Shown here piece after piece: positions 38,736-48,620 of a DNA stretch of 64,000 nt. The stretch covers positions 7,705 to 71,704 of the forward strand of contig DJCV01000010.1 of assembly GCA_002430735.1 (NCBI GenBank). The letters run 5' to 3'. Below the pieces are notes generated by a model. It made no database searches. It worked only from the letters and a program-made list of their open reading frames with translations, and had not been told where the DNA came from. The position numbers and the translations under genes were made by a program. Source of the DNA: Candidatus Woesebacteria bacterium UBA5941. GTDB taxonomy: Bacteria; Patescibacteriota; Microgenomatia; UBA8517. Within the stretch, counting starts at the first letter, position 1. The number at the start of each line of letters is the position of its first letter.

Positions 38736-38766
38736 AGGGCGTGGAAATCCTCCACGCTCTTTTTTT
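38736..38766 (+). terminator. Intrinsic terminator
   Basis: AGGGCGTGGA-5nt-TCCACGCTCT plus T-run. Confidence 0.85.
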
Positions 38767-38802
38767 GTTGACATTTTCGAGAGGGAAGACCATAATTTAT
38801 CT

Positions 38803-38970
38803 ATTCTTGTACGCTACTATCTGGACTAACCAACCAAGAGAGTACAAAATCGAATTACTTTACGTTACAAGTTAAAGCGGCTAGATTCGTCTAGCAAGCG
38901 AAGTGGAACCACGGATAACACCGTCTTCGCAAAAACATTTTTTAAGTGTTTTTGTTAAGGCGGTTTTTTT
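38803..38970 (+). ncRNA. T-box riboswitch leader of thrS with very short stem I
   Basis: Promoter TTGACA-17nt-CATAAT (38768-96); stem TTGTAC..GTACAA containing ACC; antiterminator GCGAAG-TGGAACC-ACGG..CCGTCTTCGC; overlapping terminator ACCGTCTT..AAGGCGGT plus T-run. Confidence 0.85.
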
Positions 38971-38982
38971 ATTTTTACATAT

Positions 38983-40743
38983 ATGGACAAACAAGACCTA
39001 CAGTATTTAGACAATCTGAGACATTCAGCAGCACATTTGTTAGCTGCAGCAGTCATGGAGCTATACCCTCATGCCAAACGAACAATTGGACCTTCAATTG
39101 AGAACGGATTTTATTTTGACTTTGATTTTGGTGACACGAAGGTTTCTGAGGATGACCTGATCCGAATTGAGGAGAAAATGAGAGAAATTATTAAAACCTG
39201 GACTGGATTTGAACGGTATGAATTATCAGCGGATGACGCTAAAAAAGAATATCCAGATAATAGCTATAAACACGAATTAATTGACGAATTTTCTGGAAAA
39301 GGAGAAACGCTCACATTCTACAAGTCAGGTGAATACTGGGATCTATGCCGTGGAGGACACGTTGAGCATCCAAATCGCGAACTGAAACATTTTAAATTAA
39401 TGTCTATTGCAGGAGCATATTGGAGAGGAGACGAGAACAATAAAATGTTAACTCGTATTTATGGAACCGCATTTCCAACAAAGGATGAATTAATGAAGCA
39501 CCTTCATATGCTTGAAGAAGCAAAGAAACGTGATCACAGAAAATTAGGTCGTGAGATGGATTTATTTACGTTCTCAGAACACGTTGGAGGAGGATTACCG
39601 CTATATACCCCAAAAGGTGCCCTTGTTCGACGGCTCTTAACTGATTTCATTGAAGAAGAGCAGGTGAAGCTTGGATATACCCAAGTGTGGACTCCACAGA
39701 TTGCAAAAGCCTCCCTTTTTAAACTGTCTGGTCACTATGACAAGTATAAAGACGACATGTTCCGTGTTGTCTCAAACTATTCCGATGAAGAATATTTCTT
39801 GAAACCAATGAATTGCCCGCAGCACACACAGATTTATGCTTCTCGTGCGCGAAGTTACCGAGATTTACCACTTCGGTATTCAGATTTTGCAATGTTATAT
39901 CGGGATGAGCGACCAGGAGAATTAAACGGACTAGCACGCGTCAGGTCCTTTTCAACGGATGACTGTCACATCTTCTGCCGTGAGGATCAGGTTGACGCCG
40001 AAATTGACAAAGCGCTGCAAATGACCAAGCACGTAATGGAAATATTTGGATTCAAATATCGGTACCGCCTGTCTACCCGAGACCCGCAAAACAAGGAAAA
40101 ATACTTAGGTGATCCAGCAACGTGGGATAAAGTTGAAGCATGGGCGGTTGAGATTATGAAGAGAAATGAGATCCCATACTATGATGGGCCGGGAGAGGCC
40201 GCATTCTACGCTCCTAAGATGGATTTAATGGCTACAGACGCATTAGGGCGTGAGTGGCAACTTTCAACAGTCCAGATTGACTACGTACAGCCAGAACGCT
40301 TTGGATTATCATACACCGATTCAGATGGAACGGATAAAACTCCCGTTATGCTGCATCGCGCAGTACTTGGCTCGGCAGAGCGAGCAATGATGATCCTTCT
40401 TGAGCATTTTGAAGGACGACTTCCAGTTTGGCTCGCACCTATTCAAGTAAAGGTACTTCCAATTTCTGACAAACACATTGAATATGCAGAAAAAGTAGTA
40501 AGTACGCTCAAAACCGGAGGCATTCGGGCTGAAGTAGATAGCCGCAGCGAAACGCTTAACGCAAAAATTCGGGATGGGGAGATGGAGAAGACCCCATATT
40601 TGCTCGTGGTCGGCGATCGCGAGCAACAAGAAGGAACAGTCGCCCCACGTGCTCGTGGTAAAGGGAACCAACCTGCGGTACAATTAGAAAACTTCCTCGC
40701 TCATATTCATGAGCTAGTGACCCAAAAGTCACTTGAGGTTTGA
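38983..40743 (+). CDS. thrS: Threonyl-tRNA synthetase (no N-terminal TGS domain)
   Basis: RHSAAH, DLCRGGH, RDHRKLG, LKPMNCP, MLHRA, PVWLAP. Confidence 0.98.
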   Translation: MDKQDLQYLDNLRHSAAHLLAAAVMELYPHAKRTIGPSIENGFYFDFDFGDTKVSEDDLIRIEEKMREIIKTWTGFERYELSADDAKKEYPDNSYKHELIDEFSGKGETLTFYKSGEYWDLCRGGHVEHPNRELKHFKLMSIAGAYWRGDENNKMLTRIYGTAFPTKDELMKHLHMLEEAKKRDHRKLGREMDLFTFSEHVGGGLPLYTPKGALVRRLLTDFIEEEQVKLGYTQVWTPQIAKASLFKLSGHYDKYKDDMFRVVSNYSDEEYFLKPMNCPQHTQIYASRARSYRDLPLRYSDFAMLYRDERPGELNGLARVRSFSTDDCHIFCREDQVDAEIDKALQMTKHVMEIFGFKYRYRLSTRDPQNKEKYLGDPATWDKVEAWAVEIMKRNEIPYYDGPGEAAFYAPKMDLMATDALGREWQLSTVQIDYVQPERFGLSYTDSDGTDKTPVMLHRAVLGSAERAMMILLEHFEGRLPVWLAPIQVKVLPISDKHIEYAEKVVSTLKTGGIRAEVDSRSETLNAKIRDGEMEKTPYLLVVGDREQQEGTVAPRARGKGNQPAVQLENFLAHIHELVTQKSLEV

Positions 40744-40785
40744 TAAATTGAAATTTATTCCATAAACTGATATCATAATCTGCCT

Positions 40786-41361
40786 TTGAACAAGTTATCC
40801 GTCCGAGTCAACCAAGAAATCCGCGCACCAGAAGTGCGTGTTTTATCTGAAGAAGGAAAACAAGTTGGTGTTATGAAGCTTGGGGAAGCACTTTCCCACG
40901 CCAAGAACCTAGGAGTCGACCTCATCGAGATCGTTCCTAACGCAGTGCCACCAGTTGTAAAAGCTATTGATATCGGTAAATATCGATACCAAGAAGAGAA
41001 GAAAGCTCGGGAATTAGCGAAAAAGAACAAAGGGTCTGAAGTAAAAGAGATTCGCTTTACGCCTTTTATTGGAGATGCAGATTTTGAAACCAGAATCCGT
41101 AGAATTGAGGAATTCTTAGGAGAAAGCAACAAAATTCGCATTGTAGTTGTATTTTCCAATAAGCAGCTTGGAGCGAAAGAACATGGGTATAAGGTATTAC
41201 AGCGAATTCTTACAAAGTTTGAAGGACGCGTAGTATTAGACATGGATGCTAAATTCTTTGGAAGACATTTAGCAATGGTTATCTCACCATATAAAAAAGG
41301 GAGCAAAAAAACAGAAGAATCTAAAAATGCCGAAAGCAAAAACGAACAAATCAATAACTAA
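40786..41361 (+). CDS. infC: Translation initiation factor IF-3 (apparent TTG start)
   Basis: RVNQEIRA.EVR, DL.EI.P.A.PPV, KEIRF; position between thrS and rpmI. Confidence 0.96.
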   Translation: MNKLSVRVNQEIRAPEVRVLSEEGKQVGVMKLGEALSHAKNLGVDLIEIVPNAVPPVVKAIDIGKYRYQEEKKARELAKKNKGSEVKEIRFTPFIGDADFETRIRRIEEFLGESNKIRIVVVFSNKQLGAKEHGYKVLQRILTKFEGRVVLDMDAKFFGRHLAMVISPYKKGSKKTEESKNAESKNEQINN

Positions 41362-41527
41362 GCGCTTTAGAGTTACCAAGAACGGAATCGTTCTTCGTGG
41401 ACAAAGCTTTACCAGCCACTTAAAAGTGCGCAAAAGCAGCAAGCACAAGCGAAGTTTGTCTGGAACGGTTTCAGTTCATAAGACATACGCGAAGAAAATT
41501 AAAAAGGCGTTAGGATTAAGACCATAA
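41327..41527 (+). CDS. rpmI: 50S ribosomal protein L35
   Basis: MPKAKTNKS..KRF.VT..G; synteny. Confidence 0.95.
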   Translation: MPKAKTNKSITKRFRVTKNGIVLRGQSFTSHLKVRKSSKHKRSLSGTVSVHKTYAKKIKKALGLRP

Positions 41528-41537
41528 ACATACACCT

Positions 41538-41876
41538 ATGCGAGTAAAATCAATTGCAAGCCGAAAACACAAAAAGATCCGACAAGCGACTAAGGGATTC
41601 AGAAATGCAGCCCGTCGTCGTATTAATGCTGGAAAGCAAGCTATTATGCATGCTGGACAATACGCATATGTTGGACGAAGACTTCGAAAACGAGATATGC
41701 GTTCCCTTTGGATCGTTCGACTTTCCGCAGCTGCAAAAGCTGAAGGAACAAGCTACAGCGTATTAATCAATAAATTGAAGAAAGCGAATATCGAAATTGA
41801 TCGAAAGATTTTAAGTGACATTGCAATTAAAGACTATAACACCTTCAAGAAGATCGTTTCAGATCTCTCCAACTAA
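41538..41876 (+). CDS. rplT: 50S ribosomal protein L20
   Basis: MRVK, YAY.GRRLRKR..R.LWI.R, DRKILS. Confidence 0.97.
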   Translation: MRVKSIASRKHKKIRQATKGFRNAARRRINAGKQAIMHAGQYAYVGRRLRKRDMRSLWIVRLSAAAKAEGTSYSVLINKLKKANIEIDRKILSDIAIKDYNTFKKIVSDLSN

Positions 41877-41946
41877 CCCATAGTTGATTTCAGTCTCTTT
41901 TTAACCTAAAATTCTCCTAATCGTTTAATTCTGTGAGGAGAATACC

Positions 41947-42585
41947 GTGAGTATTAAACAAACGGTCGAAAACCTTGTCCTGCTGGGAGCAACAGAAGCA
42001 GAAATCGCTCGCGCATTACGGGATACTGGAGCCGATATTTACGATGTCGCGCAAGAGATGAATCGGTTCCATGGAAAAGTCAGAGTATCCGATGAAGGCG
42101 GGGTGCTAAAGCTAATAATTGACGTTGCAAACACATCACGTGCTGAAGGTGGCGACATTGTTGTCTGGAAAGTACCTGAAACATATAAAGGGATTTCACA
42201 ACCGCTGTCGATTTATGCCGTTCGGTACGAGGTGGCAATTGGCGGAATGGAAGTCGCCACGTCTTTTTTCAAATGGCTTGGCTTTACCGAAGTTCTTGAA
42301 CTCAGACGAGACTATGAAGGAGCGCTATCAAGAGTATTTGAGACAAGTACTCTCTCATTAGTTTTGTTTGAGTCACAAAGGATCTCAAGTCCATCGGTGG
42401 GAGAATCAATGCTAATTTTCAATGCGAGCGGGATTATCGATTCATTTGTTGATTTCAAAATTGATCTCACCGAATGGACGAAACGACATAATGTTCGTAT
42501 CAACGAAACGGTCGTAGAGGGAAACCGTATGTCGGTAACAATTGGCTCAATCTTTCTCTTTAAGATCGCCTTTGTTAAAGGGTAA
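41947..42585 (+). CDS. Orphan protein, 212 aa, C-terminal half weakly VOC/glyoxalase-like (SD-led unit)
   Basis: TTGATT-17nt-TAAAAT, GAGGAG, GTG; A..FF..LGF motif. Confidence 0.72.
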   Translation: MSIKQTVENLVLLGATEAEIARALRDTGADIYDVAQEMNRFHGKVRVSDEGGVLKLIIDVANTSRAEGGDIVVWKVPETYKGISQPLSIYAVRYEVAIGGMEVATSFFKWLGFTEVLELRRDYEGALSRVFETSTLSLVLFESQRISSPSVGESMLIFNASGIIDSFVDFKIDLTEWTKRHNVRINETVVEGNRMSVTIGSIFLFKIAFVKG

Positions 42586-42607
42586 CACCGAGTCTTTCTC
42601 AAATATT

Positions 42608-42632
42608 AAAAACCCTCATTGCGAGGGTTTTT
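42608..42632. terminator. Bidirectional terminator
   Basis: AAAAACCCTC-ATTGC-GAGGGTTTTT. Confidence 0.8.
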
Positions 42633-42663
42633 CTTTTGGCCTAAGGCGCGATACAATAGCCAT

Positions 42664-43689
42664 ATGCAAGAAGATGTGTCCAAGTTACGAAATGAGTTTA
42701 TTTCTCGTGCGCTTTCCACAGAAAACAAAGAGGAATTAGAAGCACTCCGTATTGAATTCTTAGGAAAAAATGGAAGATTCACAGCGCTTTTAAAACAGCT
42801 AAAAGACATTGACCCCTCTGAGCGAAAGCATGTAGGAGAACTACTAAACGAAACAAAAAAAGTGTTGGAAGATACACTCTCTGGACAGCAGAGAGAAAAT
42901 GAACAAAGAGGTGAGAGAGGATTTGATGAAACAATTCCTGGAATTAAACCGCCAATTGGACACATTCATTTAATCTCAAAAGCGATCGATGAAATTTCAG
43001 CTGTCTTTGAAAATATTGGCTTCGTACGACGCAGATATCCTGAGGTTGAGTGGGACTGGTTTGCGTTTGAATCATTAAACTTCACAAAACTACATCCGGC
43101 TCGCGATAACTGGGAAACATTTTTCGTGGATACTCCAGCGGATCCCAAACTTGGACCAATGCTTCTCACACCACACACCTCATCTGGACAAGCCCGTGAG
43201 ATGCTTGAGAAGGTAACACTGCCTATTCGAATGATTAACATTTCAAAGTGCTACAGAAGGCAATCTGATGCATCTCACTTAACCATGCTTCATCAATTTG
43301 AGGGCTTAGTTATTGATACCAATATTAATTTTGTGCACTTGAAAGGGACTATTGATTACTTTATGAATTCATTCTTTGGACCAAATCGAAAAAGTAGATT
43401 GAGACCATATAATTTCCCGTTCACAGAACCTTCGTTTGAACTCGATATTAGTTGTGACATTTGTGGAGGAAAAGGATGCAAGTTGTGCAAGCAAGGGTGG
43501 CTTGAATTAGGTGGAGCTGGAATGGTGCATCCTAATGTTTTAAAAGCTGGAAATATTGATGCAAAGAAGTATCGAGGATTTGCATTCGGATGGGGAGTTG
43601 AGCGAGCGTATATGATGAAATCTGGATTACGAGTACCTGACATTCGAATGTTAAATTCAACTGATTTACGATTCCTTACTCAATTTTAA
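42664..43689 (+). CDS. pheS: Phenylalanyl-tRNA synthetase alpha subunit
   Basis: HPARD..ETF, PHTS..Q, HQFEG, FPFTEPS, WLELGGAG, GFAFG.G.ER; start at ATG 42664 (6 nt after TACAAT). Confidence 0.97.
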   Translation: MQEDVSKLRNEFISRALSTENKEELEALRIEFLGKNGRFTALLKQLKDIDPSERKHVGELLNETKKVLEDTLSGQQRENEQRGERGFDETIPGIKPPIGHIHLISKAIDEISAVFENIGFVRRRYPEVEWDWFAFESLNFTKLHPARDNWETFFVDTPADPKLGPMLLTPHTSSGQAREMLEKVTLPIRMINISKCYRRQSDASHLTMLHQFEGLVIDTNINFVHLKGTIDYFMNSFFGPNRKSRLRPYNFPFTEPSFELDISCDICGGKGCKLCKQGWLELGGAGMVHPNVLKAGNIDAKKYRGFAFGWGVERAYMMKSGLRVPDIRMLNSTDLRFLTQF

Positions 43690-43691
43690 AT

Positions 43692-45560
43692 ATGGATGTA
43701 TTAATAACCGATTCAATGCTTCGTGAGTTTTTAGACACTAAAGCAAGTGTCGCAAAAATTGCAGAATGTATGTCTCTCTGCGGACCATCAATTGAACGGG
43801 TCACAAAGGAAGGAAAAGAAACGGTTTATCACGTTGAAGTGACAACAAACCGAGTTGATGCAGCAAGTAGCTACGGCTTAGCACGAGAAGCAAGTGCTAT
43901 TCTTCCTGAATTTAAAATTCCAGCAAAATTAAAGACTATTCCCCAGGCGAAGGTTTCTTCAAAGACGGCCTTTCCAGTTGAAATTGTTATAGATAAAACA
44001 GTATGCGAACGATTCATGGCTATTAAACTTGAGAATGTTGATTTAGCAGCTTCACCGGATTTCATGCAATCTCAACTGAATGCAATTGGACAAAGACCAA
44101 TTAACAACGCAATCGATATTACCAATTACGCTATGTTTATGACTGGTACCCCAATGCACGCATTTGATTACGATAAACTCGTAACTCAAAAAATTGTGGT
44201 GAGAATTGCCAAAAAAGGGGAATCGTTTACGACCCTTGATAACAACACCCATGCAGCACACGGGAATGAAATTGTTTTCGATGACGGAAACGGCACGATC
44301 ATAGATATTCCAGGTGTCATGGGGTGTGCAAATACAGCGGTCTCTGCAACTACAAAAACAATTTTATTAGTCAGTGAACACATGGACCCATTGAAAATTC
44401 GAGAGACTTCTCTAAAACACGAAATTCGCACCTATGCTGCAAATTTAAATGAGAAAAATCTTGATCCACATATGATGGAGAGTGGCCTTTTATACGCTGT
44501 TGGTCTTTTTGAAAAACATGCAAAAGCAACTATTGGAAGTACGCTTTTTGATTGGTATCCAAACCCAGAAGACAAAAAAATTATCACAGTAACAAAAGAT
44601 GCGATCGATGCAATTTTAGGAATCCAAATTTCTGATACAGAAATGATTCGGATACTTGAAACACTCGGTTTTTCTTTAAAACAAAAAGGTAACACCTTTA
44701 CGATCACTGTTCCCACGTTTAGAAATAACGACGTCGAAATACCAGAAGACATCGCAGAGGAGATAGCACGTGTGTACGGGTACTTTAGGTTTCCAAACGA
44801 ACTGATGGAAGGACGTTTGACTAAAGAGTCACAAAATCCACAATTCGCTTTCGAGAACCAGATAAAAACGCTTCTCTCAGGGTGGGGAGGAGTTGAGGTG
44901 TATACAGAGTCATTAGTTGGCAAAGATATGGTGAATGAGAATGCGCTGCGCCTAAAAAACCCATTGGGAGGAGACAGAGAATATTTAAGAACTGATCTTG
45001 TGTCGTCACTGTTTGATGCAGCACGCGTGAATAAACATGAAAAAAGGCCATTTCATTTATTTGAATTAGCTCATGTCTATTTACCACAGCCAAAGAAACT
45101 TCCAAAAGAAGAAATGCGCTTAGCAGGTATTTTTGTGAATACTGATTACCGACACGCAAAAGGCGTATTGGAGGCACTGTTTGAAGTGTTGCATATTACA
45201 AAAATACAGCCTGTTCTTCAAAAGAAAAAGAACTATTTCTTCTATGAATTTACGATAGAAGAATTGTACAAAAACTACTCACCACATGCGGTGTTCACTG
45301 AAATTCCTATTGTCCCTCCTCAAATTGAAGATATTACTGTAATTCTGCCAGAAGATATGAAAGTCGGTGCAGTTATTGAAACGATTAAAGAATCGTCACC
45401 CGTCATTCGATCAGTTGAACTTACTGTTATTTTCGAAGATGCGTATACGTTTAGAATTACCTATCTCGATCCCGAAAAGACATTGACGGACAAGGATGTT
45501 GAGATTATCCGAGATGGGGTACATGCTCGATTACAGAAACTTCCGGTTACGATCAAGTAA
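43692..45560 (+). CDS. pheT: Phenylalanyl-tRNA synthetase beta subunit (lacks the B2 OB-fold)
   Basis: T.NR.D, PINN..DITNY, HAFD, P.FR..D...EDIAEEIAR.YGY, KTLTD; 622 aa. Confidence 0.95.
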   Translation: MDVLITDSMLREFLDTKASVAKIAECMSLCGPSIERVTKEGKETVYHVEVTTNRVDAASSYGLAREASAILPEFKIPAKLKTIPQAKVSSKTAFPVEIVIDKTVCERFMAIKLENVDLAASPDFMQSQLNAIGQRPINNAIDITNYAMFMTGTPMHAFDYDKLVTQKIVVRIAKKGESFTTLDNNTHAAHGNEIVFDDGNGTIIDIPGVMGCANTAVSATTKTILLVSEHMDPLKIRETSLKHEIRTYAANLNEKNLDPHMMESGLLYAVGLFEKHAKATIGSTLFDWYPNPEDKKIITVTKDAIDAILGIQISDTEMIRILETLGFSLKQKGNTFTITVPTFRNNDVEIPEDIAEEIARVYGYFRFPNELMEGRLTKESQNPQFAFENQIKTLLSGWGGVEVYTESLVGKDMVNENALRLKNPLGGDREYLRTDLVSSLFDAARVNKHEKRPFHLFELAHVYLPQPKKLPKEEMRLAGIFVNTDYRHAKGVLEALFEVLHITKIQPVLQKKKNYFFYEFTIEELYKNYSPHAVFTEIPIVPPQIEDITVILPEDMKVGAVIETIKESSPVIRSVELTVIFEDAYTFRITYLDPEKTLTDKDVEIIRDGVHARLQKLPVTIK

Positions 45561-45618
45561 TTGCTTCAGGAAATGTGATACTATTCCTCATTGTTCGCGA
45601 TACAAATAGGAGTGTCTG

Positions 45619-45960
45619 ATGAAGGTTGAAGAAATACCAGTCACGACGTTTATTGCGCAACTTAAAAATAAGCGTGACGAAATCGGTGGTATGTATGTTC
45701 CAAACCCACCAATCATTGGTGGACATCTGGTTACTGTTTTTATGAAGTTAGTACGTGATGATCAGATTCAGGTTCATATCCTGTTTACACATCACCGGGT
45801 GGATATATTAGGAACACTTTCCATCACCATTCCAGCAATTAATGTTTTAAATGCACTGGGTGCGGCACTCAGTCGGCAAGTTCCGGTATTGTTACCGCCA
45901 CGAACGCCATGGGACGAAGTCTCAGAGGCAATGGTTTCACTCACCAGGATCCTAAAGTAA
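45619..45960 (+). CDS. Orphan protein, 113 aa (SD-led unit)
   Basis: Extended -10 TGaTACTAT (45576-84), AGGAG, ATG; terminator downstream. Confidence 0.7.
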   Translation: MKVEEIPVTTFIAQLKNKRDEIGGMYVPNPPIIGGHLVTVFMKLVRDDQIQVHILFTHHRVDILGTLSITIPAINVLNALGAALSRQVPVLLPPRTPWDEVSEAMVSLTRILK

Positions 45961-45983
45961 CAAACGATAGGAATGGGTGGGAT

Positions 45984-46016
45984 AGGGGCAAATGGTTAAC
46001 CATAGGCCCCTTTTTT
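45984..46016 (+). terminator. Intrinsic terminator
   Basis: AGGGGC..ATGGTTAACCAT..GCCCCT plus T-run. Confidence 0.75.
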
Positions 46017-46025
46017 ATTGGTTAC

Positions 46026-48581
46026 TTATTCCCAATTTGATTCGACGCCTACCGTTACTATTCGTTCAGAAGAACGCCCTTGTGTGTCCTTTGCAGTAGC
46101 TCGCAGCTTATGAGAACCCGTGTCAAGGGAAGCATCGTATTCATACGGGCCGTTCCCATTAAACGTTTTAACGGTGATTCCGTCGATCTCCAATGACGCT
46201 TCAGAAATATCGTTAATTGCATCCGCAACAAACTTTATACGGAATGTTTTTGAGAGATTACTGGTTCTATCCCGAGGTTCGACAAATTCGATGTTAATTG
46301 GCGCGTTGTTTGCACCACTACAATATTCAGTTGGTGGTTTATATTTTCCATTCTCAGGCTGCAATTCGATCCATGCATTAATGCCGGTCTGCCACTTATT
46401 TTCTGCTCCTGCTTGTGCTGTCGGATCTTGTTCTTTTAAGATAATAAATTCTTTCGAATCAAAATTATTTGCTGCAATATCTGAAGGCGTTGCCAATTTA
46501 CCATCGCCTTTACAGAGCTTTAACAAGACGTGCACTGTGTCATCGCCGGGTTCAGTTCCTTTAATGAAGTACTCTTGGCGAGAGGGGAGGTTATCATGTT
46601 CTTTCATACCTGAAATAGTATCGACCTTCATTTGAACAATACCTTCAGGTTGAGGGAAAGTCATTGCAGGCTTGCCTTCCAATGCTGCTTTTATTATTTG
46701 ATTCCAAATAGGGGAAGCACCGCTGACACCTGATGCGACTTGCTTCATTGGGCTATTGTCATTGTTTCCAACCCATACGCCCACAACTACCTGAGGAGTA
46801 CCGCCAACCGTCCAATTGTCACGCTTATCATTTGTTGTTCCCGTTTTCACGGCAACCTGTCGATTTGGAATATTTAAGAGGGAATTTAATCCAAAGGTCT
46901 CTTGTCTTGCTGAATTGTCTGACAAAATATTATTTATTAAAAAGGCTTGCTCTGGTGTGAGAACTGATGGTCCACGTTCTGGCTTCGTTTCTTCAAGCAC
47001 TTTCCCGTCTTTGTCTTCAACACGGAGAATAGAAATTGGCGGCACTTTGTAACCACCATTCATAAACGGACCGTATGCGCTCGTCAAATCGAGTAATCGC
47101 ACCTCACCTCCACCGAGTGAGAGTGACAATCCGACTCGACGAAGGGTTTCATCATTTGCAGGAAGACTGGTAATTCCCATTTCAGTTGCTGTTTGCAATA
47201 CATCTCGTATTCCAACAAGGGCCAGAGACTTCACGGCAGGAACGTTTAAAGAGTTGCCTAATGCATAACGTAATTGCACTGGGCCTCTGTATTTCCCGTC
47301 ATAGCTCACAGGCTCATAGTCAGGTTGTCCTGCGCCTCCTGGGAACTTTGTTGGCACATCCATTAAGAGCGTTGCAGGGGTGTATCCTTTTTTAAATGCA
47401 GTGACGTAGGCAAATGGTTTAAATGAAGACCCTGGCTGCCTGAGTGACATGGTTACGTTTACTTGTCCATCATAATCACTAGCGAGAAAATTCTTGGAAC
47501 CAACCATTGCTAAAATTTCGCCAGTATTTGCGTCAATTACAACAGACGCTCCATTGGTGATATGCACTTTTTCGACTTTGGCAATTTCATCAGCAATGAT
47601 TTTTTGTGCTTTCTCTTGAAGATCAAGATCAAGCGTTGTAGTTACTTTTAGCCCACCTTGTTCAACCACATTCTCACCATATCGCTCATTTAAAATGTTT
47701 TGGACATACTGGACGAAGTGCGGTGCTTTAAAGTCAGTACCTTTCGCTTGGAATTTGATCTCAGGAAGTTGCGCAAGCGCTTCTTCTTCTTGCGCTGGGG
47801 TGATATATCCATCCTCACGCATTCTTCGCAGAACTGCAGTTGTTCGACCAATATATGCTTTTGGTGTACTCGAATACGGTGAATATGCTGATGGAAGCTG
47901 TGGAAATCCGGCGAGAATTGCACACTCAACGAGATTTAAATCTTTAACACTTTTACCAAAATACGTCTCAGATGCTGATTCAACCCCATAAGCAGTCCCT
48001 CCATAAGGCACTTCATTTAAGTAGAGTGACAGTAACTCATCTTTTGAATATCTTTTTTCAATCTGAAGTGTGAGAACCAATTCTTTTAATTTACGAATCG
48101 GAGTTCTTTCTGGGGACAGCAATACATTCTTAACTAACTGTTGAGATAATGTTGAGCCCCCAATTAACCGCTGTCTCGTTATTAAGTTATATACAATGCG
48201 CAGATATCCCATTGGGTCAAAGCCTTGGTGGTTATAGAAGTTGCGATCTTCAATAGCAATTGTTGCTTGCTTTAGATAGTCAGGGATTTCCTCAAGTGAT
48301 ACTTGAGTTCGCTTTTGATCAACGAAAATGTCATACAGCATTTTTCCGTTACGATCTACAATTTTTGTCGAGAAGCCATCTCGTCTTACGATGTTTTCTG
48401 GGGAAGGGAGGGTGAGTGCCAACACCTGGAAGCCTATGAATGCAAAAATAGCTAGCCCAACAATTCCGAAAAATCCAAACTTCGCCAATCGTGCCGTTTT
48501 TTGAGCCCTGGTTAAGCTGGGATCTCCTAAAACAGATCTTCGAGGCACTCTTCTTCTGGTGCGCAAATTATCTTTCCACAT
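46026..48581 (-). CDS. Class A penicillin-binding protein (transglycosylase/transpeptidase) with C-terminal Ig-like domain
   Basis: EDRNFY.H.G, GSTLSQQL.KN, RKLKE, SSFK, SLN, KTGT. Confidence 0.96.
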   Translation of the reverse strand: MWKDNLRTRRRVPRRSVLGDPSLTRAQKTARLAKFGFFGIVGLAIFAFIGFQVLALTLPSPENIVRRDGFSTKIVDRNGKMLYDIFVDQKRTQVSLEEIPDYLKQATIAIEDRNFYNHQGFDPMGYLRIVYNLITRQRLIGGSTLSQQLVKNVLLSPERTPIRKLKELVLTLQIEKRYSKDELLSLYLNEVPYGGTAYGVESASETYFGKSVKDLNLVECAILAGFPQLPSAYSPYSSTPKAYIGRTTAVLRRMREDGYITPAQEEEALAQLPEIKFQAKGTDFKAPHFVQYVQNILNERYGENVVEQGGLKVTTTLDLDLQEKAQKIIADEIAKVEKVHITNGASVVIDANTGEILAMVGSKNFLASDYDGQVNVTMSLRQPGSSFKPFAYVTAFKKGYTPATLLMDVPTKFPGGAGQPDYEPVSYDGKYRGPVQLRYALGNSLNVPAVKSLALVGIRDVLQTATEMGITSLPANDETLRRVGLSLSLGGGEVRLLDLTSAYGPFMNGGYKVPPISILRVEDKDGKVLEETKPERGPSVLTPEQAFLINNILSDNSARQETFGLNSLLNIPNRQVAVKTGTTNDKRDNWTVGGTPQVVVGVWVGNNDNSPMKQVASGVSGASPIWNQIIKAALEGKPAMTFPQPEGIVQMKVDTISGMKEHDNLPSRQEYFIKGTEPGDDTVHVLLKLCKGDGKLATPSDIAANNFDSKEFIILKEQDPTAQAGAENKWQTGINAWIELQPENGKYKPPTEYCSGANNAPINIEFVEPRDRTSNLSKTFRIKFVADAINDISEASLEIDGITVKTFNGNGPYEYDASLDTGSHKLRATAKDTQGRSSERIVTVGVESNWE

Positions 48582-48620
48582 GCAGTTTACATTGTAGCAG
48601 AATCACGCTATATTACTTAT

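Noticed and set aside
40773-41354. 193-aa antisense ORF over infC, and many similar 60-170 aa shadow ORFs
   Set aside because: They lie opposite or within well-supported genes, lack their own expression signals and show no recognisable motifs.
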